The position numbers and the translations under genes were made by a program. 64,000 bases of DNA from Vicugna vicugna (taxonomy: Eukaryota), in assembly GCA_013265495.1 (NCBI GenBank), contig MU058844.1, forward strand, positions 5,889,260 through 5,953,259. Reading direction: 5' to 3'. The first letter of the stretch is position 1. Each line of letters opens with the position of its first letter. Below, piece after piece: positions 1 to 14,446 of the stretch. The notes below the pieces were generated by a model. It was given only the letters and a program-made list of their open reading frames with translations. It had not been told where the DNA came from and did no database searches.

Positions 1-2802
1 TTTTTATTTACCCCAAAGAGAAATATCTTTGTATTATCTTTTTCTATGTGCTCCAGAATCATGGCATCATTGCACATATGTGTGTATCTACATCTCTCCC
101 TCGTTTGCTCAGAGATCCACTTTATTCAATTCTGTACATACAGAGACATGAACCCAAGCCCAACCCACCTTAGCAGGTGTCACCCCGGAGAGAATAAAGT
201 ACCTTTTCTACCCAGCCAAAAGCTGCACTGCCTGTGCCCCAGAACCTGGATCTGGTCCTCCCCAGCTCCTTGCCCTTTCAAGGTGCCTGAAAGGGACAAG
301 GGAGGGACTGCCCGCCCTGCTCACCGTCATCACAAACAAGGAAATAAGTAGGTGTAGGGGGAGCCATGCTTAGGGCACTGCTCCCTGCTTCCTTCCTCCT
401 CGCTTTGGAACCACCATCACAGGAAAGCAGCCAGTCCCAGGGAGGCCCCTTCCATGTCAGTGATCCCAGGGCGGCTGCTCACCACAGAGGGGACAGGGAG
501 TAGGGCGTGTGTTCCTCCCCCTCCCCTGGCCCTCTGGGCCCTGTATTCATCTCCTATTGTCCGGAGCCTCTGCGTTTCTCCTGCCTCCCACGCTGCCTTG
601 GTCAGCAGGAAGTAAGAGGAATACTGCAGCCCCGTTAGCCTGCACACTGCGGGGGCTGGGGGCCTGTTTGTGCTCTTGAGGGTGGCTCTCCTCCAACTAA
701 CTGGCTCCAGGGGCCAGTGGGGCTTGACAGTAACTGTGGTGAGAATCATCTGCTGCTGCTGTTTATATGCCTGCAGGGGAGGGGGAGAGACACCCGGAGT
801 TCAAATGAGGCTGCAGGGCAGAGGGGAGAAGCGTGTGTATTCCTGGGTGTATTTCTCAGAGCAGCCTCAGGTAGCTGCAGGGGGAGGAGCAGGAGGGGAC
901 CAGGCATCCCAAGTGGTCTGAGCATTGAGCATCGCGGTGCTCAGCCTGTCTGTACCAACCGGCACGGACATATCTGGGGAAGAAGGGGGGCCACTCTGTG
1001 GGTGTCCCTGCTTCAAGTGCCATACCCCTCTCCCTAGAGGAGAGAGGCACTGCCTTGGCCCCACGCGAGCCAGTGGGGAGCAGAGGGTGGAGGGCGAGGG
1101 CAGGGTCTCGCAGGGTCCCACCCTCCTGCGGCAGGAAGGTGAAGAGGTCCGAGAGCCTCCTGGCTGGCAGTTAGACTGTCTTCCGCTGGCTTGTGCACCT
1201 CCAGTGCCGTGATGATGTACCCGTCCAGGGGCAGCCCTGACTGCCGCCGAAGCAGCACCTTCTCCTTCTCCATGTCCTTCAGGATCTGCACGGCCTCTGT
1301 CTCCACCGTCCTCTTCAGAAGCTGGATGTTCTCTGCTGCGGGGGGTCTCAGTTTCCATCAAGTACACAGGAGGCAGTGGTGGAGGAGCTCGGAACATGGG
1401 ACACTGGGGATCAATATTTTGCCACATCTGTTCTCTTTCCTTCATTCAGAACCGGTCCTTCTGTTTCTCTGCCTTGTACTCTTCGGTACAGTCATGAAAA
1501 AGCTTCTGACTCATCTCCATAAACAGCTTCAGCACGTTGTAGGTCAGCCCACAGATTGTCTTGTTCCAGTGGCTCTTGAAGTTCCTGTAGAGGACAAGGA
1601 AAATGATGGGGAGGACCTGGGCAGGACTGTCACTTACCAGGCTCATGATGTACTCATTGTTCTAATAATAAACAGCACATTCTGCCACCTGGAAATGGGG
1701 ACTGGAGACACACTTGGCAAGCTGGCAGAAGAGTGGTTCTATCACTTTGCTGGACTCTGAATGTTCAGTGGCATCCAGAATCTCTTCTAGCTCATTTAGG
1801 AACATCTCCTCCTTGGGGCTGTGGGTGTTGGGCCAGAACTTGAGAAGTCCCACAATCACCAGCTCAGTGAGGCTACTTTCCTTCTCCAGGAACTGTACCA
1901 GGCAGTATGCCACCTGAGGGTGACAGACACTCAGGGACTTGACCTTGTGAAGGGGAGCAGGACACAGATGAGGAACATCTTGCGCTCCTCCTTCGGGAGA
2001 AGGCAAAGCCATTGCTGATGCTGCCCAGGAGCTCCAGAAGTGCTCAATCCCACTGTGATGCTCCGTCTTATAGATGAACTTGTAGAAGATGTGGCTGATC
2101 TGCCTACAGATGGTAGTCCGGAGCCCTAAAATCTTGCCATAAATGCGATACAAGATGGTTTTGAGAAAGTCCAGCTCTCAAGGGTCCTCACTGTTAACAG
2201 GTCCAGGAGAGCAAAGACAAACTTCAGGTCAGTGTACTTCTGGGCTAATGTTTGGCTGGAAATTGGGAGATTCAAGGAAACATGAGAGAGACTCATACAG
2301 GAGCTGGAGATGGAACCAGGCGTCTTCCTCGGGGACAAGCTCGGCCCCAGTGGGATTCCACGAAGGTGGCGGAGCCTGGAAGAGGTTCACTGAAAACATG
2401 GTGACGGCCTCAGGGTGAATGGCCTCGGTGACAACATCGCAGCTGTGGGTGAAGTACTCTGCTATTTCTCTGAGCCCTGTCTGCTTCACCTCCTGGAATT
2501 CGAGGTCACTAAGTGGGTCTGACACAAAGTCAAAGAGGACACAGCACTGGTGCAGCTTCTGAATAAACACCTCCGGATCCTGGGTTGGCGAGTCTTCTGT
2601 GGCAGAAAGCTTCTCCAGCTCCCGGTTCTTGCCGAGGGGAAAGCAGGAGCCACTTTGCAGCTGGGTACTTGGGTACCTGGGTGCTTGATCTTGCTGAGCT
2701 GCCTGGGGGGCAGCGGCTGTTGCCAGGACTCTTGGATGACTGCAGCTGAGGCTGGGGCTGGGGCTGGGGTTGTGGCTGGGGCTAGGCTGGGTCTCCTCGG
2801 CC
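1..2802 (-). pseudogene. PPP2R5D: Processed (intronless) pseudogene of PP2A regulatory subunit B56-delta, 5'-truncated, including 3' UTR
   Basis: Minus-strand ORF fragments match PPP2R5D collinearly without introns: [111 protein letters not shown]. There are several frameshifts and in-frame stops (e.g. 1662-1664, 1446-1448). The native stop is mutated to GGA at 1148-1150. An AATAAA lies on the minus strand at 3-8. Confidence 0.95.
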
Positions 2803-2804
2803 AG

Positions 2805-2915
2805 ATATATGTGTGTATTTGTGTGTGTGTATGCATATATCCATGTGTCTGTATATGTATAGCCTCTCTGTGTGTGTGTATATATATGTACACATGTATT
2901 TATGTAGCTGAGAGA
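2805..2915. repeat. Degenerate (TG)/(TA) microsatellite abutting the 5' end of the retrocopy
   Basis: atatatgtgtgtatttgtgtgtgtgtatgcatatat...tgtgtgtgtgtatatatatgta. Confidence 0.85.
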
Positions 2916-5900
2916 GAGGTGTGTATCCTTAGCACTGTTTTTAGCTTCCACACCTCCACTTGTTCTTGGCTTTAGCTTTCCTATCTCACTGCCTTCCTAG
3001 TTTGTGTTCCTCTTCTGAACTGGTTTTGGTTACATATCCTTATTGTATATTTTATACATAACATCCTCTGAAAATTATAGTTCATTAGAGATTTTGTGCA
3101 AGTGTTTAGATTATTTAAATACCTTAAAATCTTATTTGCTTATTAGAGAATCTCATCTCTCTCAAAAAAAAAAAAAGACTTGCCTTTTAGAATTTTAGGT
3201 TTACATTTATTTTATTTAAATTCCTTAACATTTAAAGGTCAAAAATATGAGTTTCAACATGTAAAGATATTAAGAGAACAAGGTCACACAGTCCCAAAAT
3301 TCAAGTCCCTTCCACCTCATGAATCTGCTCATCATGCTCACCCCAGTTTAAGTCCAGAGTAGAAATCACTTCATTAATCCCAAAATCTTCTGAGATGCTT
3401 TTCTGTTCTACTTTGAACACTGAGATTGAAATGTAGATTTGAGGCCATTTTCTGGATAATTGGATGTGAACATCTGTTCTGAAAAACATACATATTTGAG
3501 ACCAAAGTAGTTTTTTATCTGAACAGTTGCTTCAGCTTCCCATTTCACTCTCTCTAGACATTCTCTTTGAAAAATTATCCAAAAGTTAAATTCACTATGT
3601 GAGAAAGTATGTAAGTTGTATACACTCCTAGAAAAATACAACCACATAAAGAATATACCATGTTCAAATTTCATGTTCTAATAGGAGTAAAAACAATACC
3701 CTAAATAACCAGGTCTTTAAAATGATTGAATCAAAGATGCAATGATAAGATTCTCATTATTTTCTCTATTAAATGAAAATTTTCATGAGGCACGTGGTCA
3801 TTAAGTTTAATATACAGGAACTGATCACTTTAATTGTTGTTTAAGGGTTAACAATGACAGTGAATATGCAATATTTAGAAACCAAGTCTATACTTTCAAA
3901 ATACTGTGTGTTTCTACAGCTTAAACCACAACGGCCAACATAACCTACAATCAATCTAACTATAGATAAATACAGTTTTAATGTATAAAAATCATCAAAA
4001 ACCAATGCATAAATAAAGCAATGGAGGCTGTTAGCACTCACAAGTGAGAGCTATTGCAAAAATAGTTAAAATATTTAATTTGTGATATACTCAAAGTTGT
4101 GGAAGAGAGGTAGAGAATTTTTCTCTCAACATCCTCCCTCACTTCACCAAGGAAATACAGTATCTGAAATACTGCACAGAGATAAAGGGCCATCCATTTT
4201 CAATCACCAAGGTTTTAAACTCTATTGCAAACAGATGTTTAAAAAAAACTTTCATTGTAATTTCATCTAAGTCAGTTTTCTTATTGAATAATAATCTATC
4301 CATTTCTTTCTTGTATCTTCCCAACTATTTGGGGAAAAAAACCTTAAAATATGACATGCATCTTTTTCTCCCATGAAATATCCCAAATTTGTTTAACTGC
4401 CTGACATGTCCTATAGTCACATTTTTAAATATATATATATATTTATCTGGGAACTATATAGTTCCCTCCAACTTTTAAATATATTTGTATTCTACTACAC
4501 TTAAGCACTGTTATTTTACACTTTTTTAACTTTATCAGTGAATAAGAGTATATATCTAAAAAGTTAAAATAATGGTCTAAATTCTTTTACCACTGTCTCT
4601 CTTTTAAAGTAGTCTGGTTTTGACTACAGATTATATCTATAATCTTTCGATTGTGTGTTACTGGTCATTATGGGACCACATGAGATGGTAACAATACTTG
4701 GCAGAAGTTATTCCCTAGTATTAGAAAATAAATGCCTTAAGAAACTCCATCTTACATTTTAACAATTACTACTATTGAAAGGTTTTGAGGGTTTACACCT
4801 TTCTTTATAACACATTGGATCTATTCTTGAATTACAATTCCTTACCTACAAATAATTATACTATTAATAAAGAAATACATCTAAGAAGAATAATTCCTTA
4901 AAAATTAATTTATTTGATTCATAAATCAGCCTAAGACAGTTATTTTCAAAAGGGCAAACCGATCTCTGCTAATAGAATAAGCAATGTTTTTCCCTAAATG
5001 AAAAACTCTATAACCTTAGCTTTTTATAGAATTACAATAAAGAAGCTTTCTCATTTGAATAAATATACAAACTAAAAATTTTTAAATCATGTTAATGCAA
5101 TTTTAACTTCTATTCGCAACAATTTCTTAGGCTCTAAATCATATGTAACTGGGCACAAAAATTTTGTTTATTACATGTGGTATCTTTATCCACCATGATT
5201 TGATAATCAGTCATGACCTCATTAATAGCCTTTAAAAATCACTCAGAATAATCAATTATTTTGGAAAAACATTTAGAAAATTTGTTACTAATAGTCAAGA
5301 AAATTTCTATGACTTTAGTGTGCATTTGAAGTCTCTGTAATAGTTAGAGATTTGTTTGGTTAAATTCATGATCCAAAGTACGTATTTCTACCCTGTAACT
5401 TTTTGCTAATTTATTGTAAACAGAGTAGTCAAAAAGCATCCTCTCAAAATATTCTCTATTATATCAAATTGCTATCAAATAAGTGATAATAATAACTGTT
5501 TGCTAATTTAACTTTGACTATTAATGAGATAATCCTTTCAAATATTGTAGTAAGGAGAGTTTGCTGGGCACCTAAGGAATGTTAAAAGAACACCAGGAGA
5601 AGTCACACACAAGAGCTGCAAAGATTCAGACTGAAAAGCTTGGCTTCATGATTTTGCCTAAAGCAAGTTCTTCTCTTTCCTCTCAGCGCTGCAAATTACC
5701 ATGGCTCAACTTGTTAGTCTACTACACGCCTCAAATTTTCACTCAGGCAAATCAAAATCTGATTTTTGAGAGTGTCAAAAGACCGTTTAAGTATAAATCT
5801 AGTGTTTTTACTTACTTGACCAAATAGATCAAGCTTATTCTTAATGAAATTAGAATTCCAGATTAGACCCACGGCTGTTTTTTGTTGGCCATTTTACTAA

Positions 5901-7559
5901 ATGGATGAACTCTTTTCTGCCATGGGATGCTACAACAGAAGGTCTGAATTAATTTGGGCAACGATGAATCTGAGTCGTGTGTTCCCTACGAAATTGATTT
6001 AAAAATATAAATGCCCTTTTAGTTCAGGCAACCTAAATTGATCATCCTTGAAAAATAAAAAGATATTTTGGAATATTTTTTCCATCAACTGGACATATCA
6101 ATTTAATGTTGATAAAGCTACACATTATCAACACAACACCAAATAAGTAAATACTTAATAAGTAGTGATCTGATGCACTACTAAAAATAGCTGTCATGAA
6201 TACTATTCACACAGTGTCACTCTAACATTTAGTATTTTGTTTTGTGAGAAAATGACATTTGTTAAATTATTTTGATAATGTATTGTATTCTTTCAAATTT
6301 ATATTTTTTAATGTAAATTGTATTGCTATGAATACTAAATTTATTATAAGTAATTAATTTTTCACCATTTTTCTGATTTTCATCAGCAAATGTAATAACT
6401 GTGGCAATGAAATTTTACACATCACTCTCACAATACCTAAAAGATTTTACAAGGCATACTTTTACTTAACACAAACAACAATCCCCATGCCACTGCTTCA
6501 TTTTTTTAAATCTCATAATTTATGTGATTTTTTTAAAAAGTAAAAAAAAAAAATTTACTATTTTAGCCTCTCATGTTTTAGGAGTCCTAGAGATTAACAT
6601 TGCAGAGGTACAAAAACACCATTTTGGTACCTTAAGAAATTAACTCTGTGCACCATGGCAACATTCTTGATGGGTCAATTTATTGGTCTTACCGTATAAA
6701 ATATAATGTAAAATTTTAATCAGTTTTATTTAAATTGCTTACAATTTCTCCATTTGTGATTTCAAAGCGAAATAGTATCTGGATTGTAAAAGCACTGGGA
6801 ATTTGGAATAGTTGGAGAACAGTAATTCAATCTGTTAAATCAATACTTTTCTTCACAGTATACTCAAGACAAACAGCTTATTGAAATGAGGGCACACAAG
6901 GAAGTCAGTTATGTCCACACAGACTTAAAAATAACAAGGAATAAATGATAATGTTCGAGCTGGCACTATCCTGACAAGGCATTCATAGGTTGTAAAGCAG
7001 TCTAGGATTTTTATGTAATGTGTCTGCACTCATAATAACTTTAACAGCTTTTACCAATTTGACCCAATGATCTAGCTTACATTTCCAAGAAATACAAGAA
7101 AAAAACTAATTTTGTCAATTTTGTGAAAAATTCAAGTTTATTTTTGATAGGACTGATTATGTAAATGAATCTATAATGTAATTCAAAATGTATCAGCTGA
7201 TTCATCCCTTAATGAAACTGCCTATCAATCTATTACAGAAAAATAGAAACAGAAAAAAAAAAATCTAAGTTTGATCACCATGCAAGCCAAACCAATAGAG
7301 AAATTATTGAATTTTTCTCAATTCATCAATTTAAGTGACCTAGGAAAGGCATTCAGTTTCATCTATTGACACTTAACTTTAACAAATTAATAACGTTTCC
7401 TTATAAGCTGAGTAATTAAATCATATTTAATGGAGGGTAGAAGAGGAGGCCAGAGAGTGAGACTAAGTTGTCTAGATTCCAAAGAAGAGGCACCTGGGAT
7501 GATAAGAAAAGAAAACAAAACTAACCAATCTCCTTTAATTTACAGATTATTTATGTAGT

Positions 7560-7812
7560 CTCAGCACCTAAAATCGTGCTCACACGTAAACAGCATGTTC
7601 TGAGCAACTGTGAGGCATGGTGCAGTGACTTCATGGACATTCCATTATCTTATTTAATAAGTGAAACAATCATATAAGAACAATTACTAAACCTAACAGC
7701 ATATGAGGCAGTGGGGGTTAATAACTTGTCCAAGTCAGATAAGTAATAAGTGACAGAGAGGGGATTCTGTCTCAGGTCTGTGTAATTCAAAAGTCCATGC
7801 TCTTAGCCACTG
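7560..7812 (-). mobile_element. MIR SINE remnant
   Basis: MIR-like core: ttaataacttgtccaagtcagataagtaataagtgacagagagggattctgtctcaggtctgtgtaattcaaaagtccatgctcttagccactg. Confidence 0.7.
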
Positions 7813-8289
7813 TTGTTTATCACCTCCTCATTATGAGTCCATTGACAATGCATATGGCTACAAAGTGATTATCTAGAATATGTGACTATATTAAAATTAA
7901 TCTAAAAATGAATTTAGATAATTAGAAGTTTTTCATATGAAATATTTTTCTCACTTTTTAAAAGAGTTTGAACATCTAAGATGCTTCTACGTTTTATTCA
8001 TTGTATTCAACCACAGCCTGGAAGTCTAAAGTTTTTTCCTAACTTCAATTACTTGAGAAAGAAACAAAACTTACAAACTCAGTACATCAAAGGAGTCCAA
8101 AAGTTGTAAATTTGAATTACTGCATAATATGATCACATTTTAAAATCCCAACCCCAAATCTGCCAAACTGGTAGTTTGGCAATAAGTGTGGAATATTTTT
8201 GGTTGATTAATGAATTTTTAAATTTTCAGTGAATATTTTGGAAAGATTGGAAAACACCAACAAACCCTAAAGTTACATTTATCAGCTTA

Positions 8290-8915
8290 GAGCTTACATG
8301 TGCTGGGTGCTTAATATGTCTGGGGTATTCCGCTAATGACTACTTCTGTTACTCATTAAAATGATGGTTATTACAAGTCATTATGCAAAAGAATCACCTG
8401 GAAAGTTCATTGAAAATGCATGTACTAGGCTCTTGGATTCTTGTGGTAGATATGGTATGGGTCTAGGAATTGATGTTTTTAATGTATTCCGGTTAACACT
8501 GATGCAGGTGGTGCATGGACTCCTTTCAGAAACTGCATTAAATCCTTACAACAACTCTGTCAAGTAGGAATGACTATTATTCCCACTTCACAGAGGCGGT
8601 GTCTCAGGCTAGAGTTATACAGTTCGCTTAAAGGGGTCACATAGTCGAAATGGAGCAAAACTCTGACCTTGTTAGTGAACTCCTAAGCCCAATTTTTCTG
8701 AACACTATTATTCGTTATTTATGTTTATCTAAATTATTAGCTTTTAAGTCTGGCTGCTTGTTAATATCACTGGGGGAGTAGTTTGCTTATTCCTGAGCTC
8801 CACTCTCAGAGAGTCTCTCATAAGTGTTCGGCAGTTTCCACAAATCAGTATTTAAAAAAAAAAAAACTAAGTGATTCTAATGTGCAATCAGAATGGGGAA
8901 CAACTGAGAATCACT
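8290..8915. mobile_element. MIR remnant (minus) interrupted and followed by MER5-like hAT fragments
   Basis: MIR-like: ccttacaacaactctgtcaagtaggaatgactattattcccacttcacagagg. MER5-like: gaatcacctggaaagttcattgaaaatgc, and aagtgattctaatgtgcaatcagaatggggaacaactg. Confidence 0.55.
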
Positions 8916-10874
8916 GTATGTCAGTAAAATTCCAAAATTTCTCATTTATCCAAGTTGGAAAGGCCATAGATTAGGAAATGAGAGAGAAGGTGTAGATTTT
9001 CCTTGGCTGTTCACTGCTCTTGTAGTTTATTTCAATACTGTTATAGTTGGATTGAAAAATACAAGCTCCAGCCAACTTCCTGTTGCCTGGTCAGGCTTAC
9101 AGAGGTCACCATACATGTCTTTCCATTGACTCCAGGATTATAGTTTTTCAAAAAAAAAAAGCTGCATAAATAATCTTTTTATATGAGCCTTGACATATAC
9201 ATCTTATTAATTAAAAACTAGGATTTTAATACTAAAATCTAATGATGCCATCTATTTAGTTTGTTAAAATACAAGAATGTATTTTAAAAATGTAAGCTGA
9301 ATTAACTTCCTCTTTCCATAAAGTTAAGTAAACTTACTCAAGAAAGGGAGAAAAACTACCACTTAGTTAAGCTTTGTTTCAACTTTTCCATAGTGCGCTT
9401 TTTTTCATAAATCCTACAAATGTCAACATATAAGTCTTTCCTCATGCCCTCATAGCCCATATTATCCAAATCTCTAATTTATTTGTTTTTCTTTTTCCAG
9501 GAACTGAATACTTTAAAAATGTATTTTTAAATTTTTAAAATTTCAGACAACAGATATAGAACACACTGGCTTGCTCTGAATGTTTAGAGAGTTTGAGGTT
9601 ATTGATATAAGCCTTGATATATATTCCAACAGAGAAATTAAAGTGTTTACTCAAATACCTACAAAGTGTCAGAAATCTTGGTGATGGCTGATTGAGTCAG
9701 AAAGAGCAAAGGCAATGAAGAGAGTAAATTATGCACACACATACATTCACACATAGTTCCAAGGAGTCCCCTACATCAATTCCAGCTCACAAGTTCTCAA
9801 TGTTATCTGGCTGAAGAGAAATATATCAATTAAATTCACACATTAAAAAAAAAAAATCTAGTCACTCACTCTTTTTGAAACCAATTAGTGCATTTATATG
9901 TTGGTGTTTTGTCTTATTTCAAAATGTAATGTTTTTCTCCACTGGGTCTCTATGTAAAATGAAATTTTTTATGAATTAAAAGATCTGATGAATAATATTC
10001 TGAGGTCAATTTTTATGTTGCACTCACAGGATTTTCAGATTTAATCTACATAAAATTAGAGTTTCAGGAACACTTAGTTGTAGTATGTTTTTGCTCTTTG
10101 CAAACTTTACTGGAACTGTCAGATATTAAGCTTGAATTTAGGGACTTTATATACTTAAAAAACAATGTATAGAGGTTTGATAGTCTCAAGATAACCAATT
10201 TTATCTTTAAACTTTCCATTGATTAGTATAAAAGAAATAACATTTTCCTCTAAGATAAAAGAAAACTTGTTCTTTGGCAAACGCCATTTAAATCAAAGGA
10301 TTTATTGAACATCCTGAACCAATTATGAATCTGAAATGCCAGAAAGTTTAAAAAATTTGTTCAAATTTTTATTGCTGGTTAATATCAACGACAAAAACAC
10401 AAATCAGTGTTGTTCGTTTAGGACCTAATTCTGTGTCTGCAATTCACCTTGGAAATTCAAAAAATATATGAATTCAAAGAAATACCATTAAAGAAGACTC
10501 CCTCTGATGATGTACTTAGGGTGCACAGGAGAACGAAAACAGTTGGGTTTAATAGCTTTACTAACAAATGACAAAATGACTACTTTGATTAAGTACCCTT
10601 CTAGGCTCATGCAACCCTAGAAGTTTCAAACTAGGTAAATGATGGTGATGAGTTAGGTAGATAAACAGATAGAGGTAGTTATGTCAGTTTTAGAAAAATA
10701 AATCTGCCGCCCCCAAAATATTATTTTAGCAAAAATAAAAGAAAATGAGAGAATGTGGCCAAGTCAGATAGGCGTAAACATCAGTAAATAGTTAAAGAAA
10801 GGTCAATTCAAATTAATAAATTAAATGATAGGGTATTATTTTTTTCTCTCTTGGTATTACTGTTGTTTAGATTC

Positions 10875-11021
10875 TTTTTTTTTTTTAATTATTTATTTTA
10901 TTTTGGTGGGGGGTGAGGGGAGAGGTGATTAGGTTTATTTTTGGAGGAGGTACTGGGGATTGAACCCAGGACCTCATGCATGTATCTCATGCACTTTACC
11001 ACTTGAGCTATATCCTCCCCC
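10875..11021 (-). mobile_element. tRNA-derived camelid-type SINE (Vic-1-like)
   Basis: Reverse complement reads GGGGGAGGATATAGCTCAAGTGGTAAAGTGCATG...GTCCTGGGTTCAATCCCCAGTACCTCC followed by an A-rich tail. TSD tagattctt on both sides. Confidence 0.9.
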
Positions 11022-14000
11022 TCTAGATTCTTGATAATAGTAAAATGAATTGTTTCAGAAATTATTTTGGATACCATCACAGGTAATATAACCATAATAC
11101 AAAATTTCTGGAGAATAGAAAAAATAAACACTGTTAATTTAAACTGTTCAACACAGCTGAATGTCATTGATTTATCAGCTATTTAGTAAGTGCTCTACAT
11201 TCTAGGAATGTCCCTTTCTTAATATTGCCTTACAAGTCAGTTTTGAGCAGTGTTATTAAATAGAGGTGTTCTATGAAAATCTGTCTATTTTTAAATGCTG
11301 AAACAATTCAGATAATTGAAAAGACGATTAATTTGATAATTTTAAATCCATAGATTTGGCATGAACCATGGCTCAGACAATTGGACAAAATGTGTCAATT
11401 TTAAGTAAATTTAAGTTACTGCATCGCTGAATGTTCTAATTATTGAGAATACAGGACAAGTTCCGTTAAAATTCAAGTCTTCACTTCTTGAAAGTCACAT
11501 TTGTTCATACTTATGAGCCCTTCTCGGGCTCTCAGTATGGTCCTTGTCTACTTGTTGGGAGTGTCCTTTTTCCCATGTTCATGATCTGCTTAATAGTTAA
11601 GAGCAATAGACTTTATGAAGCATCTTCTTTCAACATTCAACAGCTCTCTTTAATTGAAAGAAAATATGTCTACAGAGGTTAATGCAGATTTCATGAGCTT
11701 CTACCAGGATAGATTTGTGACTCCCACAAGTGGCAGAAAATAAAAGGCTCCAAGCTCTACATGATAATCCAAAAAGGATCAGTGACAGTTTATTTGCGTT
11801 TCTCTGGGGCTTTCGGGAGTCTTACCATCTTACCTGAAAAGTGAGTATGAAGTAAGAACCTTAGGCCTCCACTCACAGGTGGGATATCTATTTTAGGATG
11901 GAGGGCTTTTAACAAATCATGTCACCCAGGTGGCAATTAAATTCTACTTACTCTTATGGTTGACTCTGTAGGAAAAAGAAAAATATTGCTGCGGCTGATA
12001 GCTCCTCCTTTACCACTGAAGTGTCAGAAGAAACAGTAGGTGAAAGCTTGAGACTAAGCTGCAATTTGGGGAACAAAATAAAGGTAGTTTTCAAAGGAGC
12101 TGCAGTTTTTCTGGCCTATATGTTGGAGAAGGGTGTATCGCCTTCCGTAAATAGTTAATGCGCTCTTTATCAGTAAATATAATTTCCCTAATCTAGTCAG
12201 TTTCCTTCACTTGGATTGCCCCTTACGGTTAAAAGCATAGTTTATTTAAGATAACTTTCTAGTCTGGGGGATACTGCTTATGGTCCTGAAACAGAATGAT
12301 ACTACTACTTCATCCAGGTATGAAAATCTCCAAATTACCTCCATTGCTAGCATTTCATGATTCTATGGCCAAAGTGACCATTAAATCCTCATGTAACCAC
12401 ACAGCATATAAAGCTCCTTGGCATGAAAACTTGTTCTTTCCAAAATAACTCTTTTAAAATCTTTGGATGACTTTTATAAATTACATTTTCAAAAGTTCCT
12501 AAGGGGACTGCAAGTACATTTTACTGTTGTGCCTTCCACATGTCTTACGGAGGTACACAAAAAGAGTGAGGGGAAAAAACAGACGTTGCTCGCAGTCTTA
12601 CTATCCTGCTTTGATGATGGGGAGTGACTTTTGACAACAGGTAATCAGTTCTTACTGCTTGAGCTCCAGCATCACGGAATAACCTTAAAAATCCTAATGA
12701 ATTCTTGGAGCTCCAAACTGTGTGTAATGCTGCCAAATCCGAGCCTCCAGATTAAACCATTAATGGTGTTAACCATTTTTTTAGGGTCAGTGAAAAGTGT
12801 ACATCAATTTATCTATATATAGTATGAAATGCATATGAACTCTTATATAAGGAAGGTCAGACTGAAAAAAGAAATTCAAGAAAACAGACCGTGTTCCGCT
12901 GTTTTCTTCAATTGCTCGGATTGTATCTGACACGGAAGTCTCCTTAGGGTGAATTTGTATAGAGACAAACACATGAACTGTTCCTGAGCTGGTAAGACAT
13001 AGTCAGAAAAAGAGACTCTGGGAGGAATTCTTTTGTGGAGGATGACTGTAAATGAAAATTAAACTATATACCTATGTTGTATATGAAATGTATAATTCTT
13101 CTGACTATAATAGAAATCGTATAATTTCATGGTTCACTAGTACCATCCCCAGACACGTTCCCTTTGTTGCTTAACTTTTCTCACTCTCTGAAAGGGAAAT
13201 AATGAGAAAGGAGATGTCTAAATGTTCATGTTAGGCATTTTTTCTGAGCTAATAAAAGTTTATTTTATCACTTAATTGGCTTTTCTCCGTAATAAGACAA
13301 TAAAAATCTCAGTGCTTTGAGGCTGCTAAACAACGCCCATCTAGTTGACAGTCTCAAGAATTATTAGCAAATGATGGTGTTAGGTAAGTGCTATGGGTCA
13401 AAGTGTGTAAATGTAACTGCACCAGGACTGGAATACTAATGAATGTCAACAACCATTTCCTTACCTGCTCCCAATTTGTAATTCTTGCCCTGGTGGCCCT
13501 ATATTACAGAAAGAATATTGTTTTCCAATTTATAGTTAGAAAGTCATTGGAGTGATGAAGACTCTGTTCTTTAAGTAGGTATTAAGCTTATTGTCTTATT
13601 TAAAAAAATGCATGCAGCCCCGGAAAGGTGTATGAATAAAATGATCTCTTTTAAACAAATTGTAGTTTTATAAAATAAAATGTCATATCTTATATGAATA
13701 AATACTTACAGGTTCAGTAAAAATCAGACTAGTAAGAGGAAATTCTTTCAAGGTATGGCTTTCATATCAAATTTTTTTTAGAAATTTAGTTTAATAGGAG
13801 TTTATGGTATGAGTTCATTTATGTCATAGGCAAAGAAACACCAACTATCAAATTCAGTCATTCAGTTCACTCAAAACAGGTTTCAAAGCAGTTTCCCTAA
13901 TATCATGTCACACAGTATTTCCAAATATGGAACGATACAACTCATTCTACCTGTGAGTTATGGGCTGCAGACCGTACAACAATCATCACCCAAATTAGTT

Positions 14001-14427
14001 GGAAGGTTAAAGCCGGGAGAGAGGAAGGGAGTGAAGGACTGGTTTGCTATGAGCTTGCCTTCTGCTTATCCTTGTTCTAGATTTTTGTCTGTTTCTCTCA
14101 CCTGGTTCAAACCACAAATCTGTGCACTAAGGTAGATATCCTTACTGTAACCCATGAGGTCACGGTACGTAGCACTGGAGTGGGGATTCAGCCTTAAGAT
14201 TCTGCGTCTTCCTTCGGACAATTTCTCCCCAAAGCTGAGATGTCCTGAATGCTGGCTCTAATTTTGTTACTCAATGAGAAAGTTACTTCTTTTTCAGTCC
14301 TCACTATCTTTGTGTAAAAAGGAGACAGAACAAAGATGTTTGATGAAAATATCTTCCAGTCATTATGTTTTTGTTCTGAATGAGTAATCATTTGTAAGTC
14401 AACCTGAGGCTGGCTAGTGACATACTA

Positions 14428-14446
14428 TGGCCACCAGAGGCAGCAA
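14428..14446 (+). promoter_or_regulatory. Possible CTCF motif (imperfect)
   Basis: TGGCCACCAGAGGCAGCAA versus consensus TGGCCACCAGGGGGCGCTA, with two core deviations. Confidence 0.35.

Noticed and set aside
2229..2951. 240-aa ORF as a functional PPP2R5D-derived protein
   Set aside because: The N-terminus is translated microsatellite with a non-ATG start, and the homologous part is frameshifted and truncated.
3342..3478. Minus-strand exon-like segment with acceptor and donor (also candidates near 11790-11834 and 12890-12943)
   Set aside because: The translations are not recognisable and cannot be linked into a coherent gene. Such signals occur by chance in AT-rich DNA.
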